Source: Pseudomonadota bacterium
Lineage (GTDB): Archaea; Thermoplasmatota; SW-10-69-26; JACQPN01; JAJPHT01
Direction of reading: 5' to 3'
Length of the DNA stretch: 64,000 bases
Assembly: GCA_021325135.1 (NCBI GenBank)
Contig: JAJPHT010000039.1
Location: 1 to 64,000 of the forward strand
Within the stretch, counting starts at the first letter, position 1. Each line of letters starts with the position of its first letter. The notes under the pieces were generated by a model, which had not been told where the DNA came from, searched no databases, and was given only the letters and a program-made list of their open reading frames with translations. Shown here piece after piece: positions 17,786 to 27,788 of the stretch. The position numbers were made by a program, and so were the translations under genes.

Positions 17786-20700
17786 CTATCCAGCCCGCTT
17801 GGCGAGCAGCACCTTGGCCCACGCCAGGACGCGCTCCCCTTCGCGGCGTGCCTCGATCTCCACGGACTCGCCGTCCAGGAGGCCGAAGCGCTCCTTCGCC
17901 GCGCCGCGCAGGTCCACCTGCACGTGGCCGTTCTGGATGCCGAGGCGCACGTCGTGCAGGTTCACCGAGAGGCCGACGCCCAACGCCTTGAGGACCGCCT
18001 CCTTCGCGCTCCACGCCAGCGCGACCGCGGCGTGGCGCGCGGCGCCCTGCGGGAACGCGGCGCGCTCCTCGGGCGTGAACGCCTCGTCCTCGAACGCGGG
18101 GGCGCGCGGCTCCACGACCTCGACGTCCACGCCGACGCGCTCGCGCCGCGCGTCGAAGACGCTGGCGACGGCGACGCCGCCCGCGTGGCTCAGGGTGAGG
18201 CCGCGCTCGCCGTGCGCGAGGGGCGCGCCGTCGGCGCCGCGCTGGATGGGCATCGCGGTCCACGGGCGCTCGTCCCCGGCGGCGCGCAGCGCGGCCTTGG
18301 CGGCGAGCGTGGCGGCGAGCCACTCCTCCTTGCGCTTGGCCGCCGGCAATGCGCTGAGCGCCGCCTGCTCCTCCGAGGCGAGCAGGCCGCTCCAGAGGCC
18401 CGGGCGCTCCAGCAGGGCGCGCGCGGCGTCCACGGGGACGCGCATGACGCGCGAGCCGCCCAGCGTCGTCTCCTCGTGGGGCCACGGCGCGGGGCCCACC
18501 AGCGCGGAGGCGCCCGTGACGATGAGCGCGACGCCCTTCATCTCGACGGCGACCTTGCCGTCCACGAGGCACTGCACGTCGCCCTTGACGCGGTGGTCCT
18601 CGACCCGCGCGTTGAGGACGCGGTAGACCGCGCGCCCCGGCTCAAAGGGCCCGAAGAGGGAGACGCGCGCGACGCGCTCGGGAAGCGCCATGACGCTGCC
18701 CAGGGCGAGGCCCCAGAGGCCCAACGCCTGGAACGCGCCTTCCATGAGGGCCGCGGCGGGCGGGACGCCAGCGGCGGGCGCGCGGCCCTCGGCCTCCATG
18801 CCGTCCCACGACGCGCGGGAGGCCTTTGATAGCACCTGGAAGGCGGGCCCGTGGAAGAAGGGCGGATAGATGCGGTCGAACGACCACGCCCAGCCCGGGG
18901 CGTCGCGGACGGGGGGCGCGGGGCCCGCGTCGGGCAGCAGGCGCGCGGTGAAGTGCGTGCGCGGCTGCTTCACGGGGCCGGGAGGGATGGACGTGACCGA
19001 GGCCCTTCCGTCGGCCTCGACCTTGACCGTGATGTCGACCGGCTGGTCCCGGAGCAGCTTCACGGGGTACGCGAAGTGGACCTCCTCCAGCGCGGCGACG
19101 GGCGTGGGGCTGGCGCTGGTCATGGCGCTCATGCCCATGACGCCCGCGAGGTAGGGCACGCCATCCACCCGGTGGTCGTTGAGCGCGGGCTCGGAGGCGC
19201 GCAGCGTCTGCGTCCCCGAAGCCTGCGGCGCCTCCTCGTGGTGGGCTTGTTCAAGGCCCCCCAAGCCTTTCGCGAGCACGACCTCGGGCTCGTCGAGGCG
19301 CGCCAGCTCGCTGAGGAAGGCGCTGACGCCCTCCGCGGTGGTGATGGGCTCGACGCCCGCGGCCTTGAGCACGGTGAGCGTGCTGCCCTTGGTGGCCATG
19401 CCCACCTCGCCCCACGGGCCCCAGGCGAACACGGCGGCGGCGACGCCCTTGGCGCGCAGCGCGCGGGCGAGCTTCGCGATGGCGTCGTTGGCGGCGCTGT
19501 AGTCGGCCTGCGCGGCGTTGCCGTAGCGGCCCGCGACGCTGCCGAACATGACGAAGAACGCGGGGTGGTCCTTTTCCGTGAGGCGCGCGAGGGTGAACGC
19601 GGCCTCGGCCTTGGGCCTCCACGCGCGGTCGAAGGCGCCCTCGTCCTTGTCGGCGAGGCGCTTGGACTCCTCCAGGCCGGCGGCGTGCAGCACGCCGTGG
19701 ACCTTGCCGTGCCGCAGGCGCACGTCGGAGAGCGCGCGCTCCAGCGCGGCGGCGTCGCCCGCGTCGGCCTGCACGTACTCGACGGTGGCGCCCGCGCTGC
19801 GCAGGTCGCGCAGATTCCGCGCGATCTCGGCGCGGGCGCGCAGGGGAGCCACCATCTTCTCGATGGCGACGGGCGTCACGCGGTCGCCCTTGGCCTTGAG
19901 GTCCGCCATGCCCTGGTCCTTGGCGCGAGCCTCGTCGAAGGAGAGGTCTGCGTCGGTGGGCGCGGGGGTGCGGCCCAGGAGCACGAGCCTGGGCTTCTGC
20001 GGCGCGAGGGCCTTGAGCGCCTCGGCGGTGATGCCGCGCGCGCCGCCGGTGACGACGAGCACCGCGCCCGTGGGCAAGGTGGGGTGCTGGCCGTCGGTGG
20101 TCCCGGCCTCGATGGTGCGCACGACGACGCGGCCCCGCGCCGAGCGGCCCACCTCCACGAGCGACTTGTCGACCTTCAGCTCGGCCTCGACGTGGCGCAC
20201 GCGCGCGGCGACGTCCTCGGAGGGGTCGAGGTCCAGCGCGCGGACCCACGCCTTGGGGAACTCCGCGGCGAGGGACTTCGCCAGGCCCGTGACGCCGCCC
20301 TGCTCCGGGTGCGCGGCCTTGTCGATGCCCTGGTGGCCGCCCATCTCGGTCAACGCGAGGATGCCCAGCTTGCCCGCGTCCAGGTCGGCGGCGCGGCTGC
20401 GCGCGAAGAGGAACAGCTCCTTGGCGGGTCCGCTGAAGAGGGCGATATCACCCGCGGCGTGCGGGTACTTGTGGCGCAGCGCCTCGGCCAGCGCGCCGTG
20501 CCCGACGACGAACGCGCTGCGCGCCGCGCTCCCTTCCGCGGGCGCGGGGCTCACGCGCGGCACGCGGCGCACGAGGCCGCCACCCTTGTAGGGCGCGACC
20601 ATGGCGGTGTCCAGGGGCGGCGCGCTCGCGGCGGCCTGCGCAGGGACCGCGCGCCCGGCGTGCGTGGAGACGAAGCCCGCGACGTGGCTGATGGTCGGGT

Positions 20701-23700
20701 AGTCCTTGAGGTTCACGCCCTCGATCCGGGGGATGCCGAAGGCCTCGCGCACCTCGCCGAAGATCTCCGCCTGCTTCACGGTGTCAATCCCGAGGTCCGC
20801 CTCCATGTCGAGGTTGGGGTCCAGCATCTCGGGCGGGTAGCCGGTCTTCGACGCGATCATCGCGGTGACCTTGGCCAGGACGTCGTGCGCGGCTCCGGGG
20901 CCCTTGCCTGGGAGCGGCGTCGGGGCGGTGGCGGCGGGGTTGGGCGCGACCATGGCGGGCGGCGCGTTGAAGGGAACGGGCGGCGTGGGCGCGACGGCGG
21001 CCTCCGCGGTCACCGGGGCGCCCATGCGCGAGACGAGGTAGTCCGCGACCTTCGCCAGCGTCGGGATGTCCTTGAGCGTGAGCTTGTCGTCGCGCCCGAT
21101 GCCGTAGCTCTCGCGGAGCATGCCGAAGATCTCGGCCTGCTTCACGGTGTCAATCCCGAGGTCGGCCTCCATGTCGAGGTTCGGGTCGAGCATCTCCTGG
21201 GGGTAGCCCGTCTTCTCGGCGACGAGGGCCATCACCTTGCGGAGCACGTCGTCGCGGGAGGCGCCGGCTGGAGCGGCCGCGGGGGCGGGGCTCGGCGCCG
21301 CGCGCGCGGGCGCAGGCGTGGGGGCCTCCACCTTCACCGGGACGGCCGTGGGGACCGCCCCCGCCGGGGCGCTCACGCGCAGGACCCTGCCCTGCATCGC
21401 GGCCTTGGCGCCGGGGGCGCCCACGCTCTGGTCCAGGAAGGATTGATAGCGCGCCGGGTCCGCGACGCGGGCGTCGCCCTGCGCCATGCGCTCGAAGAAC
21501 GCCATGGCGAGCTGCGAGCCGAAGCCGGCGCTGAAGCGCATGGCGAAGCGGCGCTGGTGCGCGCCCCCCTTGCTGAGGTTGAGGTCCGCGAACTCGGGGT
21601 CGGTGTCGCGCAGGTTCGCGATGGGCGGCACCTTGCCGAGCTGGAGCGCCTTCACCGCGAGGGCGTCCTCGATGCCGGCGCCCATGGGGTGGCCGGTGAA
21701 GCCCTTGGTGTTGGTGACGAGCACCTTCGTCGCGCCGCTTCCGAAGGCCTGCCGCATGGCGGCCGCCTCCGCGCTGGCGCTGCCGCCGCGGGCGGGCGTG
21801 TACGTCTCGTGGCTGACGAAGATCGTCTCGGGCCCGAGCGCGTCGGGCGTCGTGCCCAGGCGCTTCGCGGCGGTCTCCACGAGCGCGCGCGCCTCCTTGG
21901 CGATGTGCTCGACGTGGAGGCGGCTGCCGTGGTACGCGCTGTTGGCGATGCGCGTCGCGACGAGCCGCGCGACGGGGACCATGCCGCGCGCCTCGACGTC
22001 CTCGCGGCGCTCCAGCACGAGGCCCACGGCGCCCATGCCGATGATCATGCCATGCCGGCGCCGGTCGAAGGGCAGGGCGCCCTCCTCGACGGAGCCCGCG
22101 GTGGTGGCCGCGCCCGAGACGAGGAAGCCGCTGCCGATCCACTCCAGCAGGTTGTCGCTGGTCACGTCGTCCGCGCCCACGACGACGACGCGCCGGGCGC
22201 GGCCCGTGCGCATCCAGTCCTCGGCGATGGCGATGGCCTGCGTGCTGCTGCTGCACGCGGCGTTGACCTGCGTGTTGGGTCCGCGGGCGCAGATCGTCTC
22301 GGCAAGCTCCGCGTGGCCCAGCGAGAGGATGCTGAAGAGGAAGTGCCGGTTGAACGCCTCCACCTTCTCGGCGTCGCCCGCGATGCGGTGAAGCTCGCCC
22401 GCGTGCTTCGCGTAGAAGCCCGACACCTTGGACTTCCTGTCGGCGGGCACGGCGTCCAGAAGCTCGTGGTAGAGCGCGTCAAGCTCGGTCAGCGTCGCCT
22501 TCGCGTAGCGGCGCGCCAGGTGGCGGCTGACCTCCTGCACGAAGTTGTCGTAGCCGGGGAAGGCGCTGGCGAAGATGATGCCCGTGTCGTCCTGGAGGTG
22601 GGGAGGCAGCACCCAGTCGCCGGGCAGGATCTTCCCGGTGGTCGTGCGCTTCATCTCCTGCACCATGGGGATGCCCGCGTCCCGGAGCGCCTCGTAGGCG
22701 GCCGCGATGGCGAGCTTGCTGGTGATATCAAGGGTCTTGAGCAGCTTGGGGTCGACCTGGTAGTCGCCCTGCATGTCGAGCCCGCCGCGGCGGCCCGCGA
22801 GCTTGAGGACCTCGCTGGCGTCCTTCACGGGCTCCATGCGCGGCTCGCCCTCGCCCTTGACGAGGCGCACGATGTCCTTGTCCAGGAAGCGGCCCGCCCA
22901 CATGGAGTCGAGCCGGTCGATGCGGTTCTCGCCGCGGAAGAGCGTCTCGAAGTTGTCGTCGCTGAACACGCGGCGCGCGCCGCCGGGGAGGCCCGCCGCG
23001 GCGCCGCTCACCACGACGTCCACCGGGAGGAGGCCGTAGCGGGAGAACGCTCCTTCGGCCTCCTTGAGGCGCGCGAGCTCGCGCTGGAACTGGTCGAAGC
23101 CCGCCTTGAGCGCGGCCTCCAGCGTGGGCTGCACCGCGCTGCGGAACGCCTCGTAGGTGCCGTCCGTCGGGCCGGCGAGCACGGTGGGGCGCGGCATGGG
23201 CGCGGGCTGCGCGACGGGCATCGCCTCGGTGGCGTCCCCGGCGGGCAGGTCCAGCGCGAAGCCCAGCGCGCCCATCCTGGCGGCGGCGTCGAGGAAGGAC
23301 GCGAGGTCGCCGCGCTTGGGGTGGTTCGTGGTGACGGCGACGGCGGCGCTGCCCAGCGTGGCCTCGACGAAGCCCGAGAGCGCGCGCTTGGGGCCCACCT
23401 CGACGAAGACGGTGGCGCCGGCGGCCTGCATGGCCTTCAGCTCCGCGATCCACTCGACGGGCGCGGCGACCTGCTTGGAGAGGATGTCGCGGATGGCGTT
23501 GGGGTCCGCGGGGTAGGGCGTCGCGTCGACGTTGGTGAAGCAGGGGATTCTGGGCGCGCGGAAGGAGAGGCGGTCCAGCACGCGGCGCAGGGGCTGGCTC
23601 GCGGGCGCCACGATGCTGGTGTGGAAGGCCGCGCTCACGTTGAGCTGCATGACCTCCACGCCCATGCTGCGCGCGACCTCCATGGCCTTCTGCACGGCGG

Positions 23701-26700
23701 GCGTCTCGCCCGCGATGACAGTCTGGACGGGGCAGTTCTTGTTGGCGGCCACGACGTAGCCGGGCACGCGCTTGAGCACCTGCTCGACCTGGTCGGGCCC
23801 GGCGCTGACGGAGGCCATGAGCCCCTTGTCGGGCACCTGCACGCCGGCCATCTCCTTGCCGCGGGCGGAGACGGCGAGGAGCGCGTCCTCGAACGATAGC
23901 ACCTCGGCCGCGACAAGCGCCGCGTACTCGCCCAGGCTGTGGCCGCCCACCATGTCGGGGCGGATGCCGTGCTCGGCGAGGAGGCGGAAGATGGCGACGT
24001 CCGCCGCGAGCATCGCGGGCTGCGTGACCTCGGTCTGCTTGAGGGACTCTTCGGCGCGCGCGACGGCGGCGGCGTCCTTGGGGTCGACCCAGAGGAGCGT
24101 GGTGAGCTTGCTGCCCAGGAGCGGCTCCAGCACGCGGTCCGCCTCGGCGAACGTCTCGCGCACGATGGGGTAGCGCTTCGCGAGCTCGCGGCCCATGTTG
24201 GCGTACTGCGAGCCCTGGCCGGGGAAGAGGAACGCGACCTTGCCGCGGGGCTGCCCTTCGCCGAACGAGGCGCCCTTGACCTTGAGGGGGAGCGCCTGGC
24301 GCCCCTTGGGGTCGAGGATCAGCGGAGCGGCGGTCTCCAGCGCGGAGGCCAGCGTGGCGCGGTCCTGGGCCCCCACGCCGAGGCGCACGCTGCGCGCGTG
24401 GGCGCGGGGCGTGCGGGCGTGGCGCGCGGCCTGGTCCAGCGTGGCGGCGGACTTCACGGCGGCGACGGCGGCCTTGGCCTCGGCCGCGAGACCCTCGATG
24501 CTATCAGCGGCGATGACGACGACCTCGCCCTCCATCTCGGGCGCGAGGCGCGGCGGGGCGCGGGGCGCGGCCGCAGGCGCGGGCGCCGCGGCGCGGGGCG
24601 CCAGGTGGTACTCGGGGAGGAACTCCTCCAGGATGACGTGGAAGTTCGTGCCGCCGAAGCCGAACGCGGACACCGCGGCGCGGCGCGGCTCTCCGTTGGC
24701 GGGCGCGGGCCACGGCTCGACGGAGGTCTGCACCTTGAAGGGCACCTTGCTCCAGTCGATGTTGGGGTTGGCCGCGCGGAAGTTGATGCTGGGCGGCAGG
24801 ACCTTGTGGTGGATGGCTAGCGCGGCCTTGAGGATGCCCGCCGCTCCCGCGGCGCTCTTGAGGTGGCCGATCTGGCTCTTGACGCTGCCCAGCGCGACGC
24901 TGCGCGGCGGCATGGGGCCGAACACCTCGGCGATGCTCTCCACCTCGACGACGTCGCCGACCTTCGTCGACGTTCCGTGCGCCTCGATGAGCTGGACGTG
25001 CTTCGGCTGGACCTCGGCGACCTGGAAGGCGCGCTGCACGGCGAGCTCCTGGCCCGCGGGGTTGGGTGCGGTGATGCCCTTGCCCTTGCCGTCGCTGCTG
25101 CTGCCCATGCCGCGGATGACGGCATAGACCTTGTCGCCGTCCCTCACGGCCTGTGACAGCTTCTTGAGAAGGAGGATCGCGACGCCTTCGCCCATGACGA
25201 AGCCGTCGGCGCCCGCGTCGAAGGGGCGGCTGCCGGTGGGGGAGAGCGCGCCGATCTTGCAGAACTTGACGTAGGTCGCGGGGTCCATGCTGCGGTCCGC
25301 GCCGCCGCAGAGCACCATGTCGGCCTCGCCGCCGAGGATGGCCTTGACCGCGGTGTCCAGCGCGGCGTGGCTGCTGGCGCACGCGGCGTCGGTGGTGAGG
25401 TTCTTGCCCGCGAGGTTGAGCACGTTGGCCAGGCGGCCGGCGATGACGTTTGATAGCTCGCCGGGCATCGTGTCCTCCGTGATGGGGGGCAGCGAGGCCT
25501 TGATCTGCGCCTCGGCGCGCGCGACCTGCTCGGGGGGCAGCGACTTGCGAAGCTCGGCGGTGAACTCCGCGAGGTGCATGCGCTTATTCGTCTCGTCCTT
25601 GCGCTCGCCGCCCAGGGAGTTGCCCAGGATGACGGCGCAGCGCTGGCGGTCGAACGGCTTGCGGTCGTAGCCCGCGTCGGCGAGCGCCTCGGCCGCGGCG
25701 GCGAGGGCCATCTGCTGCACGGGGTCGAGGGCCTTCGCCGTGTTGGGCGGGATGCGGAACTTCAGCGCGTCGAACTTGAACCCGGTGATGAAGCCCCCGA
25801 TCTTCGTGTAGGTCTTGTCCTCCTTGGTGGGGTCGGGGTCGTAGTGGATGGAGGCGTCCCAGCGGTCCGCGGGCACCTCGACGATGCAGTCCACCTGGTT
25901 GAGGACGTTCTGCCAGAACTCGCCGGCGCTGTTGGCCTTGGGCAGCACGGCGCCCACGCCGATGATGGCCACCGCCTCCTCGGGCGGGACCGTCTCGAAC
26001 TGGCGCGAAGCGGACGCGGCGACGGGCACCGCGTTGGGGCGCGTGTGGCCGATGGGCGCGGCGGGGGGCTCCACGGCGCGCGGGTCCGGCATGGCCTCGA
26101 CCTTCGCGGGCGCGGCCGCGGGGGCGGGGCTCGGCGCGGGCGCGTTGCCCATGCGGGAGGAGAGGTACTCGGCGACCTTGCCCAGCGTGGGGATGTCCTT
26201 GAGCGTGAGCGTGTCGTCGCGCGGCAATTGATAGCTTTCGCGCAGGATGCCGAAGATCTCGGCCTGCTTCACGGTGTCGATGCCCAGGTCGGCCTCCATG
26301 TCGAGGCCCGGGTCGAGGAGGTCCTTGGGGTAGCCCGTCTTCTGCGCGACGAGGTCGATGACGCGGGCGAGGACTTCGCCGGAGGCCGCGGCGGGAGGGG
26401 CCGCGGGCGGAGCGACCGTGGGCGCGGGGACCGGCGTCGGGGGCGGCGCCGGCGCGGGAGGGGGGGCCTGCGCGGGCGCTCCCGCATCCATGGCCACCTG
26501 CGCGAGCGCGGCGGCGAGGGAGCCCGCGCGGCGCGCGAGGAAGGGCGCGAGCAGCGCGTCGCGGCCCACCTTCAGGCCGCTGGGGAGCGTGGCGTGGCCC
26601 GTCGCCTGGAAGTCGGCGGCGCTGAGGCGCGCGAGGGCGGCCTTGTCGTCCGCGGAGAGGGGCGACTCGGGGAGGAGCCAGAGTTGCGCGTCGAGGACGA

Positions 26701-26938
26701 CGCCGGAGGCGCCCGCCTCCGCGACGGCCTTCAGCGTCGCGCGGTCGAGGCCGCCGTGGGCGAGGGGCTGGCGGCCCGCGAGGCGCTTGACCTCGGCGAC
26801 GGTCTCCGCGCTGGTCTTGCCGCTGGCCACGGGGCGCCCGTCCACGGTGGAGGCGAGGGCGGCGATGGGCGTGGCGCCGGCGGCCTGCACGCGCGCGGCG
26901 TACTCGGCGTTGCCGTTCGTGACGACGTAGAGCTTCAT
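17786..26938 (-). CDS. Type I FAS/PKS-like megasynthase: [ER remnant]-ACP-KS-AT-KS-ACP-ACP-KR-DH-PPTase
   Basis: KS1 DAACASS/EAHGTST/GHLKSAAG; AT GHSLG and SAAFH; KS2 NAACSS/SHETYT/GHPMG; three copies of DMEADLGIDTVKQAEIFG; KR TGGARGI and YSAAN; DH HRVDGVP and HGPAFQ; PPTase VGVDVE...WSAKEAVLKA. Confidence 0.95.
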   Translation of the reverse strand: MKLYVVTNGNAEYAARVQAAGATPIAALASTVDGRPVASGKTSAETVAEVKRLAGRQPLAHGGLDRATLKAVAEAGASGVVLDAQLWLLPESPLSADDKAALARLSAADFQATGHATLPSGLKVGRDALLAPFLARRAGSLAAALAQVAMDAGAPAQAPPPAPAPPPTPVPAPTVAPPAAPPAAASGEVLARVIDLVAQKTGYPKDLLDPGLDMEADLGIDTVKQAEIFGILRESYQLPRDDTLTLKDIPTLGKVAEYLSSRMGNAPAPSPAPAAAPAKVEAMPDPRAVEPPAAPIGHTRPNAVPVAASASRQFETVPPEEAVAIIGVGAVLPKANSAGEFWQNVLNQVDCIVEVPADRWDASIHYDPDPTKEDKTYTKIGGFITGFKFDALKFRIPPNTAKALDPVQQMALAAAAEALADAGYDRKPFDRQRCAVILGNSLGGERKDETNKRMHLAEFTAELRKSLPPEQVARAEAQIKASLPPITEDTMPGELSNVIAGRLANVLNLAGKNLTTDAACASSHAALDTAVKAILGGEADMVLCGGADRSMDPATYVKFCKIGALSPTGSRPFDAGADGFVMGEGVAILLLKKLSQAVRDGDKVYAVIRGMGSSSDGKGKGITAPNPAGQELAVQRAFQVAEVQPKHVQLIEAHGTSTKVGDVVEVESIAEVFGPMPPRSVALGSVKSQIGHLKSAAGAAGILKAALAIHHKVLPPSINFRAANPNIDWSKVPFKVQTSVEPWPAPANGEPRRAAVSAFGFGGTNFHVILEEFLPEYHLAPRAAAPAPAAAPRAPPRLAPEMEGEVVVIAADSIEGLAAEAKAAVAAVKSAATLDQAARHARTPRAHARSVRLGVGAQDRATLASALETAAPLILDPKGRQALPLKVKGASFGEGQPRGKVAFLFPGQGSQYANMGRELAKRYPIVRETFAEADRVLEPLLGSKLTTLLWVDPKDAAAVARAEESLKQTEVTQPAMLAADVAIFRLLAEHGIRPDMVGGHSLGEYAALVAAEVLSFEDALLAVSARGKEMAGVQVPDKGLMASVSAGPDQVEQVLKRVPGYVVAANKNCPVQTVIAGETPAVQKAMEVARSMGVEVMQLNVSAAFHTSIVAPASQPLRRVLDRLSFRAPRIPCFTNVDATPYPADPNAIRDILSKQVAAPVEWIAELKAMQAAGATVFVEVGPKRALSGFVEATLGSAAVAVTTNHPKRGDLASFLDAAARMGALGFALDLPAGDATEAMPVAQPAPMPRPTVLAGPTDGTYEAFRSAVQPTLEAALKAGFDQFQRELARLKEAEGAFSRYGLLPVDVVVSGAAAGLPGGARRVFSDDNFETLFRGENRIDRLDSMWAGRFLDKDIVRLVKGEGEPRMEPVKDASEVLKLAGRRGGLDMQGDYQVDPKLLKTLDITSKLAIAAAYEALRDAGIPMVQEMKRTTTGKILPGDWVLPPHLQDDTGIIFASAFPGYDNFVQEVSRHLARRYAKATLTELDALYHELLDAVPADRKSKVSGFYAKHAGELHRIAGDAEKVEAFNRHFLFSILSLGHAELAETICARGPNTQVNAACSSSTQAIAIAEDWMRTGRARRVVVVGADDVTSDNLLEWIGSGFLVSGAATTAGSVEEGALPFDRRRHGMIIGMGAVGLVLERREDVEARGMVPVARLVATRIANSAYHGSRLHVEHIAKEARALVETAAKRLGTTPDALGPETIFVSHETYTPARGGSASAEAAAMRQAFGSGATKVLVTNTKGFTGHPMGAGIEDALAVKALQLGKVPPIANLRDTDPEFADLNLSKGGAHQRRFAMRFSAGFGSQLAMAFFERMAQGDARVADPARYQSFLDQSVGAPGAKAAMQGRVLRVSAPAGAVPTAVPVKVEAPTPAPARAAPSPAPAAAPAGASRDDVLRKVMALVAEKTGYPQEMLDPNLDMEADLGIDTVKQAEIFGMLRESYGIGRDDKLTLKDIPTLAKVADYLVSRMGAPVTAEAAVAPTPPVPFNAPPAMVAPNPAATAPTPLPGKGPGAAHDVLAKVTAMIASKTGYPPEMLDPNLDMEADLGIDTVKQAEIFGEVREAFGIPRIEGVNLKDYPTISHVAGFVSTHAGRAVPAQAAASAPPLDTAMVAPYKGGGLVRRVPRVSPAPAEGSAARSAFVVGHGALAEALRHKYPHAAGDIALFSGPAKELFLFARSRAADLDAGKLGILALTEMGGHQGIDKAAHPEQGGVTGLAKSLAAEFPKAWVRALDLDPSEDVAARVRHVEAELKVDKSLVEVGRSARGRVVVRTIEAGTTDGQHPTLPTGAVLVVTGGARGITAEALKALAPQKPRLVLLGRTPAPTDADLSFDEARAKDQGMADLKAKGDRVTPVAIEKMVAPLRARAEIARNLRDLRSAGATVEYVQADAGDAAALERALSDVRLRHGKVHGVLHAAGLEESKRLADKDEGAFDRAWRPKAEAAFTLARLTEKDHPAFFVMFGSVAGRYGNAAQADYSAANDAIAKLARALRAKGVAAAVFAWGPWGEVGMATKGSTLTVLKAAGVEPITTAEGVSAFLSELARLDEPEVVLAKGLGGLEQAHHEEAPQASGTQTLRASEPALNDHRVDGVPYLAGVMGMSAMTSASPTPVAALEEVHFAYPVKLLRDQPVDITVKVEADGRASVTSIPPGPVKQPRTHFTARLLPDAGPAPPVRDAPGWAWSFDRIYPPFFHGPAFQVLSKASRASWDGMEAEGRAPAAGVPPAAALMEGAFQALGLWGLALGSVMALPERVARVSLFGPFEPGRAVYRVLNARVEDHRVKGDVQCLVDGKVAVEMKGVALIVTGASALVGPAPWPHEETTLGGSRVMRVPVDAARALLERPGLWSGLLASEEQAALSALPAAKRKEEWLAATLAAKAALRAAGDERPWTAMPIQRGADGAPLAHGERGLTLSHAGGVAVASVFDARRERVGVDVEVVEPRAPAFEDEAFTPEERAAFPQGAARHAAVALAWSAKEAVLKALGVGLSVNLHDVRLGIQNGHVQVDLRGAAKERFGLLDGESVEIEARREGERVLAWAKVLLAKRAG

Positions 26939-27765
26939 CAGACGGGTCCCTCGGGGGGGTTGAGTCGGGGCTCGATGAGCACGCGGTCCATCTCGGGGGG
27001 CGCGCCGACGCTGAAGTAGCCCGCGTCGACGTAGATCGTCTGCCCGGTGATGCCGCTGCTATCAGAGGAGAGGAGGAAGCGCGCCGCGTGGGCGACGTCC
27101 GCCTGCGTCACGTTGCGGCGCAGGGGGGTGTTGCTGGCCATCCAGTCGAGGATCTGGTCGAAGCCCGGGACGCCCGAGGCGGCCAGGGTCTTCACGGGGC
27201 CTGCGCTGACGGCGTTCACGCGGAAGCCCATGGGGCCCACGCTGGCGGCAAGCTCGCGGACGAGCTGCTCCAGCGCCGCCTTGGCGGTGCCCATGATACG
27301 ATATCCCGGGACGGTGCGCTCGGCGCCCAGGTAGGTGAGCGTCACGACGGCGGCGTTGGGGTTGAGCTTGGGCAGGCCGTGGCGCACGACGCGGATGAGC
27401 GAGTAGGCGCTGACGGTCATGGCGACGCCGAAGTCCTCCTGCGTCGTCTCGGTGATGGGCTTCATCAGCGCCTCGGCGGGCGCGAAGGCGACGGCGTGCA
27501 CGATGCCGTCGTACTTGCCGGTGAGCTTGGCGTGGAACGCCTTGGTGGAGTCCTCGCTGGCGAGGTCGCACTCCTCCATCTGGTCGATCCACTTCTGCTC
27601 CTTGGCGAGCTGGAGCACGCGCGACATGAAGCGCTTCTGGTAGGCGAGCGTGCAGGTGGCGCCGCGCTCCGCGAGGTCCTTCGCGATGGCCCACGCGAGG
27701 GAGGTGTCGCTGGCCACGCCGTACACGAGGAATCGCTTGCCTTGGAGGTCGTTCACGTGGATCAC
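26938..27765 (-). CDS. fabI: Enoyl-ACP reductase (FabI family SDR)
   Basis: GVASDTSLAWAIA, HAVAFAP, LTYLGAERTVPGYRIMGTAKAALE, SAGPVKTLAA, ITGQTIYVDAG; stop overlaps the megasynthase ATG; GTG start at 27765 or 27756. Confidence 0.93.
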   Translation of the reverse strand: MIHVNDLQGKRFLVYGVASDTSLAWAIAKDLAERGATCTLAYQKRFMSRVLQLAKEQKWIDQMEECDLASEDSTKAFHAKLTGKYDGIVHAVAFAPAEALMKPITETTQEDFGVAMTVSAYSLIRVVRHGLPKLNPNAAVVTLTYLGAERTVPGYRIMGTAKAALEQLVRELAASVGPMGFRVNAVSAGPVKTLAASGVPGFDQILDWMASNTPLRRNVTQADVAHAARFLLSSDSSGITGQTIYVDAGYFSVGAPPEMDRVLIEPRLNPPEGPV

Positions 27766-27788
27766 GTCCCAATCGGGGCTTCGACGGT

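Noticed and set aside
18851-23899. 1682-aa plus-strand ORF
   Set aside because: Antisense shadow of the megasynthase caused by high GC3; no recognisable motifs.
17786-26938. Calling the megasynthase a canonical PfaA PUFA synthase
   Set aside because: Domain order differs (N-terminal ACP, second intact KS, fused PPTase), the ACPs carry Thr, and pfaB/C/D partners are absent.
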